From positions 186,001 through 250,000 of the IMG/VR virus record IMGVR_UViG_3300042868_007959: a stretch of DNA of 64,000 bases; one strand, 5' to 3'. Under the pieces are notes generated by a model that saw nothing but the letters and a program-made list of their open reading frames with translations, was not told where the DNA came from and ran no database searches. Below, in pieces: positions 36,496 to 45,919 of this stretch. Both the position numbers and the translations under genes were made by a program. Numbering within the stretch: the first letter of the stretch is position 1; each line of letters opens with the position of its first letter.

Positions 36496-37335
36496 ATGAA
36501 TAAAACATTTAAAAAGTCCGATATTAATACGTATTTAGGTAAAAAAAATGTTCTGAGGGAGAATGAGTTAAATGAATTAATAGGTACCAATGGGGCATTA
36601 ATTAATCCTAGTAATAGCTACAAACAAAATAGAAATTTTATAAAATCTAAAAAAACTACTGATGATTATGTTAGAAGTTCTACTCAAGGACCTGAGGCAT
36701 ACTTTATATATGGTGGACCATATTATGGTATCAATTACGCATATATTGTTAATGAAGAAGAAAATATTTTAGATAGTGATACTGAAGAAATCTATGATGA
36801 GTTGGATGTTGTACCATCTAAAAAATATAGTAGAGACGATAAAGAAAGAAAGTATAGGGAAGCCAAAAAAATGGCGGATAAAGATATAAGTTCACATTAT
36901 TTCAGACAATCTGATCCTGTATATGATCATTTACCATCAGATGAGTGGAGAAATTATAAATTACCTAATGACACTAAATTTGATTTTGATATTACAGAAA
37001 ATGAAGATTCTATGAAATCATTGGTTGATGAGATAATTAGAAACAAAAAAGATACTACTAGAGATTTTGTTAAAAAAATGAAAGAGTCTGATATTATAGT
37101 AGGGATGGATAAAATAGCAGACATTAGCGAATTAAAAGATGTACATGAAAAACCAATGGTTATAAGAAAAATAAATAGTCTATTGGATTTAATACATAAA
37201 GAAAATCTAAAAGGTGATGAGTTGGGAATATTATTGAACCACTTAATTGATAATTTAGATATTTATAGTATGAAAGAAGAACATAGAGAAATAATTGGTG
37301 ATAAAATAAAGTATGGCGAGCAGGAAGGAAAATAA
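36496..37335 (+). CDS. Hypothetical late protein, possibly head-associated
   Basis: Late motif 36472-36479; several [ILV]xE sites. Confidence 0.5.
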   Translation: MNKTFKKSDINTYLGKKNVLRENELNELIGTNGALINPSNSYKQNRNFIKSKKTTDDYVRSSTQGPEAYFIYGGPYYGINYAYIVNEEENILDSDTEEIYDELDVVPSKKYSRDDKERKYREAKKMADKDISSHYFRQSDPVYDHLPSDEWRNYKLPNDTKFDFDITENEDSMKSLVDEIIRNKKDTTRDFVKKMKESDIIVGMDKIADISELKDVHEKPMVIRKINSLLDLIHKENLKGDELGILLNHLIDNLDIYSMKEEHREIIGDKIKYGEQEGK

Positions 37336-37861
37336 AGGTGGTAATAGTAAGTTACATGGGAAATATTATAATTGCCCAAATTATGTACTTAATGCAGTTA
37401 CCAATGCCGTAAAAACTTATGAAACTTTAAAAAAGGAAGATATCAGTAATAATAAAGCTACTGAAGGATATAAAAGAGCTAAAGGTATTCTAGAAAATAA
37501 AAAAATAGAATATAAACAAATGAAAAGGATAAAAAACTGGTTCGATAATTATGATGGTAAACATGAGGATATCGAATATAGACTTAATGGTGGTAAAACA
37601 ATGCACAATTGGGTAGACTCAACTCTTAATAAAGAAACACAGTCTATTAAAGCACCTAAAAAAATAAAAAGTGAAACAGGTTTGTCAAATCAATTTATTA
37701 AACAACACGAAAAAGATACTACTAAAGTTAATAGACAAACATTGAAGATAAAATTACCTAAACTTAGTAAAGATATAAGTGGACAATTATCGAGAGGAAA
37801 ACCTGTTTATGAAGAAATTTTAAGAATACAAAAATTAATAATATATGAATCTAAAATATAA
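37313..37861 (+). CDS. Hypothetical basic late protein with leader-like motif at C-terminus
   Basis: Ends VYEEILRIQKLIIYESKI. Confidence 0.55.
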   Translation: MASRKENKGGNSKLHGKYYNCPNYVLNAVTNAVKTYETLKKEDISNNKATEGYKRAKGILENKKIEYKQMKRIKNWFDNYDGKHEDIEYRLNGGKTMHNWVDSTLNKETQSIKAPKKIKSETGLSNQFIKQHEKDTTKVNRQTLKIKLPKLSKDISGQLSRGKPVYEEILRIQKLIIYESKI

Positions 37862-37866
37862 AAACT

Positions 37867-38211
37867 ATGGCAAAGACTAAATTAATGGAATTAGGTGATC
37901 AATTTAGAGTTGATAACGTAATTAAAAACGTATACTTAGATAGTGATGGTAAAAAGTACGGACCTACTCACCCAAACGCATTATCAGATGGTGATAATAA
38001 AGGTAGAGGTACTAGTGGTAATAGTGATCAATTAAATACTATTAATGGTGGAAACGATATAGACATCAATGGTAACCCTACTTATCCAGGTAGTGGTAGA
38101 AAACAATTAATCGCTAGAAATGAATCAAAATATGGTAACCCTACAGGACCTAATGGTTACGGTCCAAGTAAACCTTACTATCCTAACTATATATTTAATA
38201 ATAATCAATAA
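37867..38211 (+). CDS. Gly/Asn/Pro-rich hypothetical virion protein
   Basis: HPNALSDGDNKGRGT; late operon. Confidence 0.5.
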   Translation: MAKTKLMELGDQFRVDNVIKNVYLDSDGKKYGPTHPNALSDGDNKGRGTSGNSDQLNTINGGNDIDINGNPTYPGSGRKQLIARNESKYGNPTGPNGYGPSKPYYPNYIFNNNQ

Positions 38212-38219
38212 TATATAAA

Positions 38220-38588
38220 ATGAAGCTTTACTATTTAGCCGAAGGACTTATACTTGAATTAGCAAATAAAGAAACTGTTAAAAAAATAATGGACGGAAAA
38301 CGTTTAGCTTCTGTTTATTATGACGATGGTGAAGATCCAGGTGGTAAGAATAAAAGATGGATTGAAATATATTGTTATGGAATCTCAAAAAGAAATAATG
38401 ATATGGTTCGAGTTTATCAGATAGGTGGAGATACTAAAACAATCCAACCTGGATGGAAAACGTTTAGGGTTGATAGAATGGATAATTTAGAAATGTTAGG
38501 TGGTACATTTGAAGAACCTAGACCACTATTTAATCCTAGTGGAGACAAGGATATGATACAGATTTATAAAATTTTAAATTTTGATTAA
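38220..38588 (+). CDS. Stand-alone WYL-like domain protein
   Basis: RWIEIYCYG...VRVYQ...WKTFRVDRM matches the WYL R-x-F-R-x-D-R pattern. Confidence 0.7.
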   Translation: MKLYYLAEGLILELANKETVKKIMDGKRLASVYYDDGEDPGGKNKRWIEIYCYGISKRNNDMVRVYQIGGDTKTIQPGWKTFRVDRMDNLEMLGGTFEEPRPLFNPSGDKDMIQIYKILNFD

Positions 38589-38590
38589 AA

Positions 38591-39169
38591 ATGAGTAATG
38601 CAGAAAGATTAAAAGAAATTTTAAGTAGATCAAAAGCGGTTATGCAAATTACGGAGCAAAACCACGGATCAACTTCTAATGGAAGTCAAAGTAATGAATA
38701 TAGTAGTGAAGAAAAAGAAATACCTAATTTAACTGAAAATTTTATTAGGGAAAACCAAAGAACCTCTTCTTCCTCAGTAGCCCCAGTAAATGGTAAATAT
38801 AGAAACATAAATAAATCTAAAATGCCTGAAGCAATTAAAAGGGCGATGATAGATAATCCAATAGATATTCCAGAATCACCATACCATACATTTGAGTTAG
38901 AAGATGTTCCTGAGTTATTGGTGAATGAACAAAGAACTAATAACCAACCTAAAAAAACTAACAAAGTTTCTAATGTAAATGAAACTGTTAAAAGTACTAT
39001 TAACGAAAGTACAATAAGAAAAATAGTTAGAGAAGAAATAGAGAGTGTAGTTAGAACAGTGGTAGAAGAATATTTTGATAAATCACTAGTTACTGAAGAT
39101 ATACAAATCAAAGTAGGACAAACTATATTTTCAGGTAAATTAAAACCGTTACCATCTAAAAGAAAATAA
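38591..39169 (+). CDS. Possible prohead core/scaffold-like protein
   Basis: Many [ILV]xE sites and internal INESTIRKIVREE helix. Confidence 0.4.
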   Translation: MSNAERLKEILSRSKAVMQITEQNHGSTSNGSQSNEYSSEEKEIPNLTENFIRENQRTSSSSVAPVNGKYRNINKSKMPEAIKRAMIDNPIDIPESPYHTFELEDVPELLVNEQRTNNQPKKTNKVSNVNETVKSTINESTIRKIVREEIESVVRTVVEEYFDKSLVTEDIQIKVGQTIFSGKLKPLPSKRK

Positions 39170-39170
39170 T

Positions 39171-39192
39171 AAAACCCTCATTAGAGGGTTTT
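39171..39192. terminator. Bidirectional intrinsic terminator
   Basis: aaaaccctc-atta-gagggtttt between convergent genes. Confidence 0.8.
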
Positions 39193-39201
39193 ATTTTATA
39201 T

Positions 39202-39771
39202 TCACAATTGTGAAACTAATTCATTAAGTCCCTCATCAATCTGAGACTTAGGTAACCAAAAAGTTAAATCTCCGATAGAATCGATTTTTAATCTAAGCAT
39301 TTTTTTAAATACCTCAACATCCTCTTGTTTTTTAACATATGGGATATTTAATGCTTTTGAACATACTGGACCAACACCTGTCGCTTGTGATCTCCAATCA
39401 GTCAAATCTTTACCACAACATCTACAAGAAGATACATCTGAAGTATTCATTCTACCCGTAACTTGATACGCTTTAGTTGTTTCGTTAAGAACTTTAGTGA
39501 TAGTAACTAAAAACGGATTAAATTCTAATTCATTGTCAACGGCAATTCTTTTGGCAATAAATTTAGTGACTTTCAGATTAACATTAACTTCTTTAAAATT
39601 TGGTTCTGTTTTAACCACTACTGTCTTAGAGAAAAATTTTGATGCTGCGTCTAATTGTTTAGGTGTTAGTGAACCATATTTAATAAGACCACCTTTTAAA
39701 GAAAGAATAAAAACATTTGTCCCTACATATTCCTTAACATTTTTTGTAATTACTGAATTTTCCATAGTCAT
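39202..39771 (-). CDS. DUF6011-like zinc-finger protein (early)
   Basis: CRCCGKDLTDWRSQATGVGPVC; host-type promoter TATCTTTA 39787-39794 and TTTG 39814-39817. Confidence 0.7.
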   Translation of the reverse strand: MTMENSVITKNVKEYVGTNVFILSLKGGLIKYGSLTPKQLDAASKFFSKTVVVKTEPNFKEVNVNLKVTKFIAKRIAVDNELEFNPFLVTITKVLNETTKAYQVTGRMNTSDVSSCRCCGKDLTDWRSQATGVGPVCSKALNIPYVKKQEDVEVFKKMLRLKIDSIGDLTFWLPKSQIDEGLNELVSQL

Positions 39772-39859
39772 TTAGTTTTGATATTGTAAAGATACAATAA
39801 TTATTTTAATATACAAATTTTTTATCATTTTTTTATATTTATAGGAAAACTAATTTTTT

Positions 39860-41653
39860 ATGTCAAAAACTAATTTAACTGAAGAACTAAGAAGAATGAA
39901 AAACTTAATGGTGTATAATAATGGACAATATAATAATCCATTAAGGGAGGCAGTTGATACAACTACCCTACCATCGTTTAGTGAAAAGGTGGATTTCGGA
40001 GGAGGATGGTATACATTAGATGGAGAATATAAAGGGACAACTTGGAACATTCCTGATGATTTGAAGGATGAGTTGTCGTCAGTTAAAGAATTTTTATTAA
40101 AAAATCCATCTGGGTATATTGTTGACGTAAGAATAGATTCGGGTGAATCAAAAATACCTAATGTGGATGCGACAGGTAAAAAAGGAACTTATCCTAGTAA
40201 CAAAGTACCACCTAAATATCTATCTAATGAACGAATGAAAACAATTAAAGATTATGTTACAAGCGTTTTTGATACTTGGGTTGAAGAAGGTGTTATAAAA
40301 GATAAATTAAATATTGTTACAACAGAACCAGTTATTGGGGGAACTAAATGGGTTGGTCAGGAATTTTGTCCAGAAGATAAAAGAGCTGGTGATCCTGAGG
40401 GATATAAATGTACAACCGCATTTAATGATGGATTGGCTAAGGGTAAATATGCCGATTTTAAGAAAGCGTATATTGAGGAGCAGTATGTTGAGGTAGTAAT
40501 TAAAGTTAATAAAATTGAGGGTGAAGAAGAGACGCCAAAAGAGGTAACAGGTAAAGATCCATTAGAATGTGCAACAAATTTAAAAATACGAATTTGGGTT
40601 GCGTCACACGACTGTCAAAATGCCGAATTTTTTGTTTATGCAAATAATACCCCATTAAAAAATACAGTGGGGGGAATGACTGCAAATTTAAATAATAGTA
40701 GTGTTGATAGAGGGGTACCTAGAACAAACTCACAACCAACATTTCAGTCGGAATTCTTAAATCCAGGATATGGATATTTACCAAATGGAGATGGTACGTA
40801 TGGTTATAAATACGGTTCAATAAATAAAGAAGGAAATTTAAGGGGGGGTAGATCCGATACATTTATTTTAAGCGAACAACAAGTTAAAGATATAATCAAT
40901 GAAAATCAAAATAAAAATAGTAAATCAATAATCTCTTTATGGATGATAGCCACTACAAGTAATGCACATAAGGATATCCCTCAAGTGACAATAACTTTGG
41001 GTGACGAAGTTATTTACGACAAAGCCCCTAAAATTACTAAAGGAAAACTATTATCTTTTGATGTTTGTACAAAGAAAGTAACTGAAAGTAGTGATACTCA
41101 AGAACCTGATTTAGGGGCACAAATTAATAAAATAGTTAGGGAAAAAAGAGAATTACAGGAAAAAAATATTACATCTGGTAAAGTCACAAAGAAAAAACAA
41201 ATGAAATTAGATCAAAAAGGTGTAGTCTTAGAAAGATCCGAAATTCTAGTAGATAAAATTACATCTTTATTATCTTTTCTATCTAAAAATATAACATCTA
41301 CAACAGAGGTAAGTGATGACGTTAAAAAAAGACTATCAGATGATTTTATTGAGATGCAGAAAGAATTAAAAGGAGATATAGAATCGGGAATACCATCATT
41401 AGAGGCAACTTGGGATGGTGAAAAATTAACATTTGTAGATAAAACTATTAGAAATAGTGATTTATATGGTGATATAAGAATGGATATTACTAAATTTTAT
41501 AAAGGATTTATCTTAGCGTATTATAGATTTAAAAAATTCAACCCAAAAGGGATACCGACTGAATCGGATTGGGCGGGTAATGTAGATGGTAAAAAACTTT
41601 TAGAAAGAATGAAAGTACCTAAAATATCACAAGAATTTGGATTAACGGTATAA
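39860..41653 (+). CDS. Leader-bearing protein with OmpA-C-like domain
   Basis: NLTEELRRMKNLM leader; FLLKNP...I.SGES...LSNERMKTIKDYV...EQYVEV; late motif 39835-39842. Confidence 0.6.
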   Translation: MSKTNLTEELRRMKNLMVYNNGQYNNPLREAVDTTTLPSFSEKVDFGGGWYTLDGEYKGTTWNIPDDLKDELSSVKEFLLKNPSGYIVDVRIDSGESKIPNVDATGKKGTYPSNKVPPKYLSNERMKTIKDYVTSVFDTWVEEGVIKDKLNIVTTEPVIGGTKWVGQEFCPEDKRAGDPEGYKCTTAFNDGLAKGKYADFKKAYIEEQYVEVVIKVNKIEGEEETPKEVTGKDPLECATNLKIRIWVASHDCQNAEFFVYANNTPLKNTVGGMTANLNNSSVDRGVPRTNSQPTFQSEFLNPGYGYLPNGDGTYGYKYGSINKEGNLRGGRSDTFILSEQQVKDIINENQNKNSKSIISLWMIATTSNAHKDIPQVTITLGDEVIYDKAPKITKGKLLSFDVCTKKVTESSDTQEPDLGAQINKIVREKRELQEKNITSGKVTKKKQMKLDQKGVVLERSEILVDKITSLLSFLSKNITSTTEVSDDVKKRLSDDFIEMQKELKGDIESGIPSLEATWDGEKLTFVDKTIRNSDLYGDIRMDITKFYKGFILAYYRFKKFNPKGIPTESDWAGNVDGKKLLERMKVPKISQEFGLTV

Positions 41654-41667
41654 TAAATTAATAAATT

Positions 41668-43725
41668 ATGAAAAAAAACAATTTAACAGAAGAATTAAAT
41701 AGGATAAAGAATCTAATGGTTTACAATAATGGAGACTATAGAAATCCTATATATGAATTTGAGTTATTAAATGAAGCCCCTACTGATGAAGTAAAAGAAG
41801 TTTCTTTACAAGCCAATTTTAAATCAGGTAGATGGAAAGATACATCGTTACCAAAAACAGAAATTTTGGCTGAACTTAAAGAAGCAATAGATTGGCTAAA
41901 ACAAAAATCTAAAGAAATAAAAGATAGTGGTGGTATAATAGGTGGACAAGCAAAAATTTTAACAGTTCAAATAGAAGCTGGAGAATCACAAGTAACCAAT
42001 TACGATGCTGAAGTAGATCCTAAAGTCAAATTAGAAGAAAAAGTTTTATCTGAAAGAAGGGCTAAGACTATACAAACTTTCTTAACTAATTACTTTAAAA
42101 AATTACAAAAAGATAAGACTATTGATGCAATACCTGTATTTGAGGCACCTGTAGTTAAAATTGGTCCAACACCTTGGAATCCTAAAGGAGGTGATGAAGC
42201 GACAGATAAAAAATTTACTAAAGAACAATATATAAAAGTTAATTTTAAATTAACTCCACCTTCAGCTTGTTTGGAGGGATTAGTTATTGAGGTTATGTAT
42301 GTAAAAGAACCGAATCCTTCATTTCCATGTAGAGGAGGACACCAATGTGACGACGCATTATTTGATGTTTATTTGAATGAGACTAAATTAGATGGGGTAG
42401 CTAACTTAAATAATGCCGAAGATGGTGGAAGTAGAAGTTCTAAATTTGTAGTTTCACCACAACAAGCGTTATCGATATTAGGTAATAAACCAGGAAACAT
42501 TATGATATCTTTTGTATGTAAAAACAAAGATAAAAGATGTCACTCAAGTACACCTGAGATTAGATTAAGTAAAGGTGGTACAGTTGTATATCACGAATGT
42601 ACACCCTCAATCAGTGAAACTAATGATTATTCTAAAATAGATGTGATGGAATTAGATGCGTGTGGTAATTTAATTAAAAAGGGTCAAGAAAAGAAAACTG
42701 CACAAAAAGATGAATCTTTAATGAAACCACCTGCAGGTATCAAAAAAGGGTGGGTGGTTTACGACATTGCAACTAAATTACCTGTTTTTAAAGATACTTC
42801 GGCTTCTACAGATTTACAAGAAAATATTTACAAAAAATACTTACCATTATACGGTTATAATTTTGGTGGTTACGAACCTGAGATTTATAAAGGTAATTGT
42901 AATGAAGCAAAAATTTACGGTGGATGGTGTTTGTGGTCAGGTATAAAAATTAATTATGTAAATGATCAATTTTGTGGTGGAGCTGAATCGGGTTCGTCAT
43001 ATAAATTAGGTTCAGAAAGTACGGTTAATACTAATTTAGGTAAAAGTATAACTAATAGTATGAGGAATTATATGTTAGATAATTGTGATAGTTCTACTAT
43101 GGGAGTAGAATTGGGTGACATAATAACAGTTAAAAAAGATGATATACCAAAACAATTTAATTTTAAAAGATTATATTCTCCATTAGGAGTTTATTCTAAC
43201 CCAAAAATTGTCGGTAATGCATCTACACCATTTAAATTAGTTCCAAATGAAAAACCTAATGGTATAAATTTCACACCTAAATTATTTACAGATTTTGTTA
43301 ATAATATATATGGCACAGAACAAACCACAATAAAAACTCAAAACCTAATCAATTTAATCACAACCACTACTGTTTCTGATTTAAGTGATTCGACAAATGC
43401 AATATCATTCTTCATCACCACTACAGATGAAACTTTTGGATCTACAACATTTCCTAATTCAACAAAAATCGATTCGTATGTTAGTAAATATAATACATTT
43501 AAAAATGAAAAATTAACGGGAAGTGTTGTAGTTGGTGGATTTAAAGAAATACAAAATACATTTCTTAGTTTAAGTGTTATCAGAAAATATGAAAAGGGTA
43601 TTTTTAAAAACAATACTTTACGTGTTATGTTATATGGAAATCAACCATATTCATCAGTTGCGCAAAAATTGATATCTTTAGGATTGATTAAAGAAAAAAG
43701 TGGTAAATTAGTTTTATCTAAATAA
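41668..43725 (+). CDS. Leader-bearing paralog with OmpA-C-like domain
   Basis: NLTEELNRIKNLM leader; I.AGES...LSERRAKTIQTFL...EQYIKV; second domain shared with 39860..41653. Confidence 0.6.
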   Translation: MKKNNLTEELNRIKNLMVYNNGDYRNPIYEFELLNEAPTDEVKEVSLQANFKSGRWKDTSLPKTEILAELKEAIDWLKQKSKEIKDSGGIIGGQAKILTVQIEAGESQVTNYDAEVDPKVKLEEKVLSERRAKTIQTFLTNYFKKLQKDKTIDAIPVFEAPVVKIGPTPWNPKGGDEATDKKFTKEQYIKVNFKLTPPSACLEGLVIEVMYVKEPNPSFPCRGGHQCDDALFDVYLNETKLDGVANLNNAEDGGSRSSKFVVSPQQALSILGNKPGNIMISFVCKNKDKRCHSSTPEIRLSKGGTVVYHECTPSISETNDYSKIDVMELDACGNLIKKGQEKKTAQKDESLMKPPAGIKKGWVVYDIATKLPVFKDTSASTDLQENIYKKYLPLYGYNFGGYEPEIYKGNCNEAKIYGGWCLWSGIKINYVNDQFCGGAESGSSYKLGSESTVNTNLGKSITNSMRNYMLDNCDSSTMGVELGDIITVKKDDIPKQFNFKRLYSPLGVYSNPKIVGNASTPFKLVPNEKPNGINFTPKLFTDFVNNIYGTEQTTIKTQNLINLITTTTVSDLSDSTNAISFFITTTDETFGSTTFPNSTKIDSYVSKYNTFKNEKLTGSVVVGGFKEIQNTFLSLSVIRKYEKGIFKNNTLRVMLYGNQPYSSVAQKLISLGLIKEKSGKLVLSK

Positions 43726-43944
43726 TTATTCAGATTCCACACTAAAACGAGTGGATTTAATAATTTTTTTATCTTCTTTAGACATTTCTCTAATAGTCTC
43801 TTTGTATGCACGTTTTAGGATTCTATCGTATTGACGTTCAGTTATACATGTGCCATCCGTCAACTCAATCGATTTTTCAGTCGCACAAGACGTAAGTGAA
43901 AAAATACTTACAAAGAATACTGTTTTAAAAATTAAATTTTTCAT
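43726..43944 (-). CDS. Small lipoprotein (early)
   Basis: Signal peptide with lipobox LTS-C; TACATTTG at 43965-43972 and TTTG at 43993-43996. Confidence 0.75.
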   Translation of the reverse strand: MKNLIFKTVFFVSIFSLTSCATEKSIELTDGTCITERQYDRILKRAYKETIREMSKEDKKIIKSTRFSVESE

Positions 43945-44066
43945 AGTGTTTGATTTTATATAAACAAATGTATATAAAACATTTTAAACTGCCAAATTTT
44001 TAATTAATTTTTTTTTAATATTTAAAAATAAAACTTTAATATCTATACTTAGATAAAAAGTTTATT

Positions 44067-45323
44067 ATGAGTAAAATTAAAGTATTAGTTGTCCCAAGTG
44101 ACAGAACAGGAGTTTCGTATTATAGATCTACAATACCCCATATTAAATTAGAAGAATATTTTCCGAATGACTTTCATGTTGATATTGATTATGAACCTGA
44201 ATTATTAAATGATAATTTTTTAAAACAGTATGACTTAATACATTATCATAGAACTTTAGGTGACTATAACGATATAAAAGGAATATTAGATAGATGTGAT
44301 AGATTAGGTATCGCAACAATTATGGATATAGATGATCATTGGGCACCAGGATCAGATCACCCAGCTTGGGAAATTATTAAGTCTAATGAGTTAGATAAGA
44401 AAATCCTTAACAATATAAAGGTATCTAAAAATGTCACTACTACAACAAAAATATTTGCTGATGAGATAAGTAAACATAATAAAAATGTATTTGTAATACC
44501 AAATGCAATCGATCCTTTAGAAAAACAATATCAAAATAACTCTGAAAAAAGTGAAAGGATAAGAATTGGATGGTTAGGTGGTTCATCTCATTTAAAGGAT
44601 TTGGAAATATTAAAAGGTTTAATGACTAAATTGAGACATGATGGTTTAATCGATAAAGTACAATTTGTCTTATGTGGATTTGATTTAAGAGGTACTATGA
44701 CTTTAATCGATCAAAAGACTGGACAACAAACACAAAGACCGATAAAACCAAAAGAATCTGTTTGGTATTTATATGAAAAAATATTTACTGATGATTATAA
44801 AATTGTTAGTGAAGAGTATAGAGATTTTTTACTTTCTTTTGAAAATAAAGAATATGAAAATGTTATGAATGAGCCATATAGAAGAGTATGGACAAAACCT
44901 ATTACTTCTTATGCCTCAAATTATAATCTATTTGATATATCATTGGCACCATTAAAAGAGAGTAACTTCAATAAAGTTAAATCACAATTAAAAATAATTG
45001 AGTCTGGATTCCATAAAAAAGCGGTAATCGCACAAGATTTTGGACCTTATCAAATAGATGTCATTGATTCATATGAAAAAGGTGGTACTATAAATCAAAA
45101 CGGTAACGGGTTTTTAGTCCCTACATCAAAAAACCATAAATTATGGTATTCGCATTTAAAAAGATTAATAGAAAATCCTGAATTAATTACTAGTATGGGT
45201 GAAAATCTATATAATACTGTTAATGGTAGATACGATATGAAAACAGTTTGTGGACAAAGAAGTGAATTATATAAAAAATTAGTTTCAGAAAAAAAATATG
45301 TCGATGTTGATTTAGTCAATTAA
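44067..45323 (+). CDS. Glycosyltransferase, GT-B fold (GT4-like)
   Basis: YYR...P, DIDD, PNAID, IGWLGGSSH..DL, DISLAPL...FN..KS.LK..E. Confidence 0.85.
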   Translation: MSKIKVLVVPSDRTGVSYYRSTIPHIKLEEYFPNDFHVDIDYEPELLNDNFLKQYDLIHYHRTLGDYNDIKGILDRCDRLGIATIMDIDDHWAPGSDHPAWEIIKSNELDKKILNNIKVSKNVTTTTKIFADEISKHNKNVFVIPNAIDPLEKQYQNNSEKSERIRIGWLGGSSHLKDLEILKGLMTKLRHDGLIDKVQFVLCGFDLRGTMTLIDQKTGQQTQRPIKPKESVWYLYEKIFTDDYKIVSEEYRDFLLSFENKEYENVMNEPYRRVWTKPITSYASNYNLFDISLAPLKESNFNKVKSQLKIIESGFHKKAVIAQDFGPYQIDVIDSYEKGGTINQNGNGFLVPTSKNHKLWYSHLKRLIENPELITSMGENLYNTVNGRYDMKTVCGQRSELYKKLVSEKKYVDVDLVN

Positions 45324-45352
45324 AATCTTTATTCTTATATAAAAATATTAAT

Positions 45353-45919
45353 ATGGAATTAAAAGAAAAAATTATTAAAAACAGAGAAAAGTTCGACAAG
45401 ACTTCAAAGACTAATGATATATTTAGTGAATCTTTAGTGAATTTTTTAGGTGAAGATTTATTCACTGCACCTGCATCTAATATGGAAAGTATGTACAATG
45501 CATTTCCAGGAGGTTTAATCGATCACATTTTAAAAGTCACCAAATATGCAGTTTATTTAAATGATAGTTTACCTGAAAATATAAGGGTAGATAAAAAATC
45601 TATCATTAAGGTATGTTTCTTACACCAGATAGGTAAGACATTTTTATATAAATTTTGTGAATCTGAATGGCATAGAAATAATTTAGGTAAAATGTATGAT
45701 TTTAATGAGGATTTAATCTCTATGAAAATAGGTGAAAGATCCGCATACTACGCCTTATCTAATGGAGTTGAGTTAACAGAAGAGGAATACCAATCGATTA
45801 TTAATTATGATAAATCGGAAGATGATAAACAATCTAAATGGTATGGATCAACATTATCCACTCTACTAAGACAGGCAAATGAATTATCAATAATAGAATG
45901 TAAAAAAATAAATAAATGA
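45353..45919 (+). CDS. HD-domain-like protein with degenerate HD motif
   Basis: APAS...PGGLIDHILKV and LHQIGK (HD changed to HQ). Confidence 0.7.
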   Translation: MELKEKIIKNREKFDKTSKTNDIFSESLVNFLGEDLFTAPASNMESMYNAFPGGLIDHILKVTKYAVYLNDSLPENIRVDKKSIIKVCFLHQIGKTFLYKFCESEWHRNNLGKMYDFNEDLISMKIGERSAYYALSNGVELTEEEYQSIINYDKSEDDKQSKWYGSTLSTLLRQANELSIIECKKINK

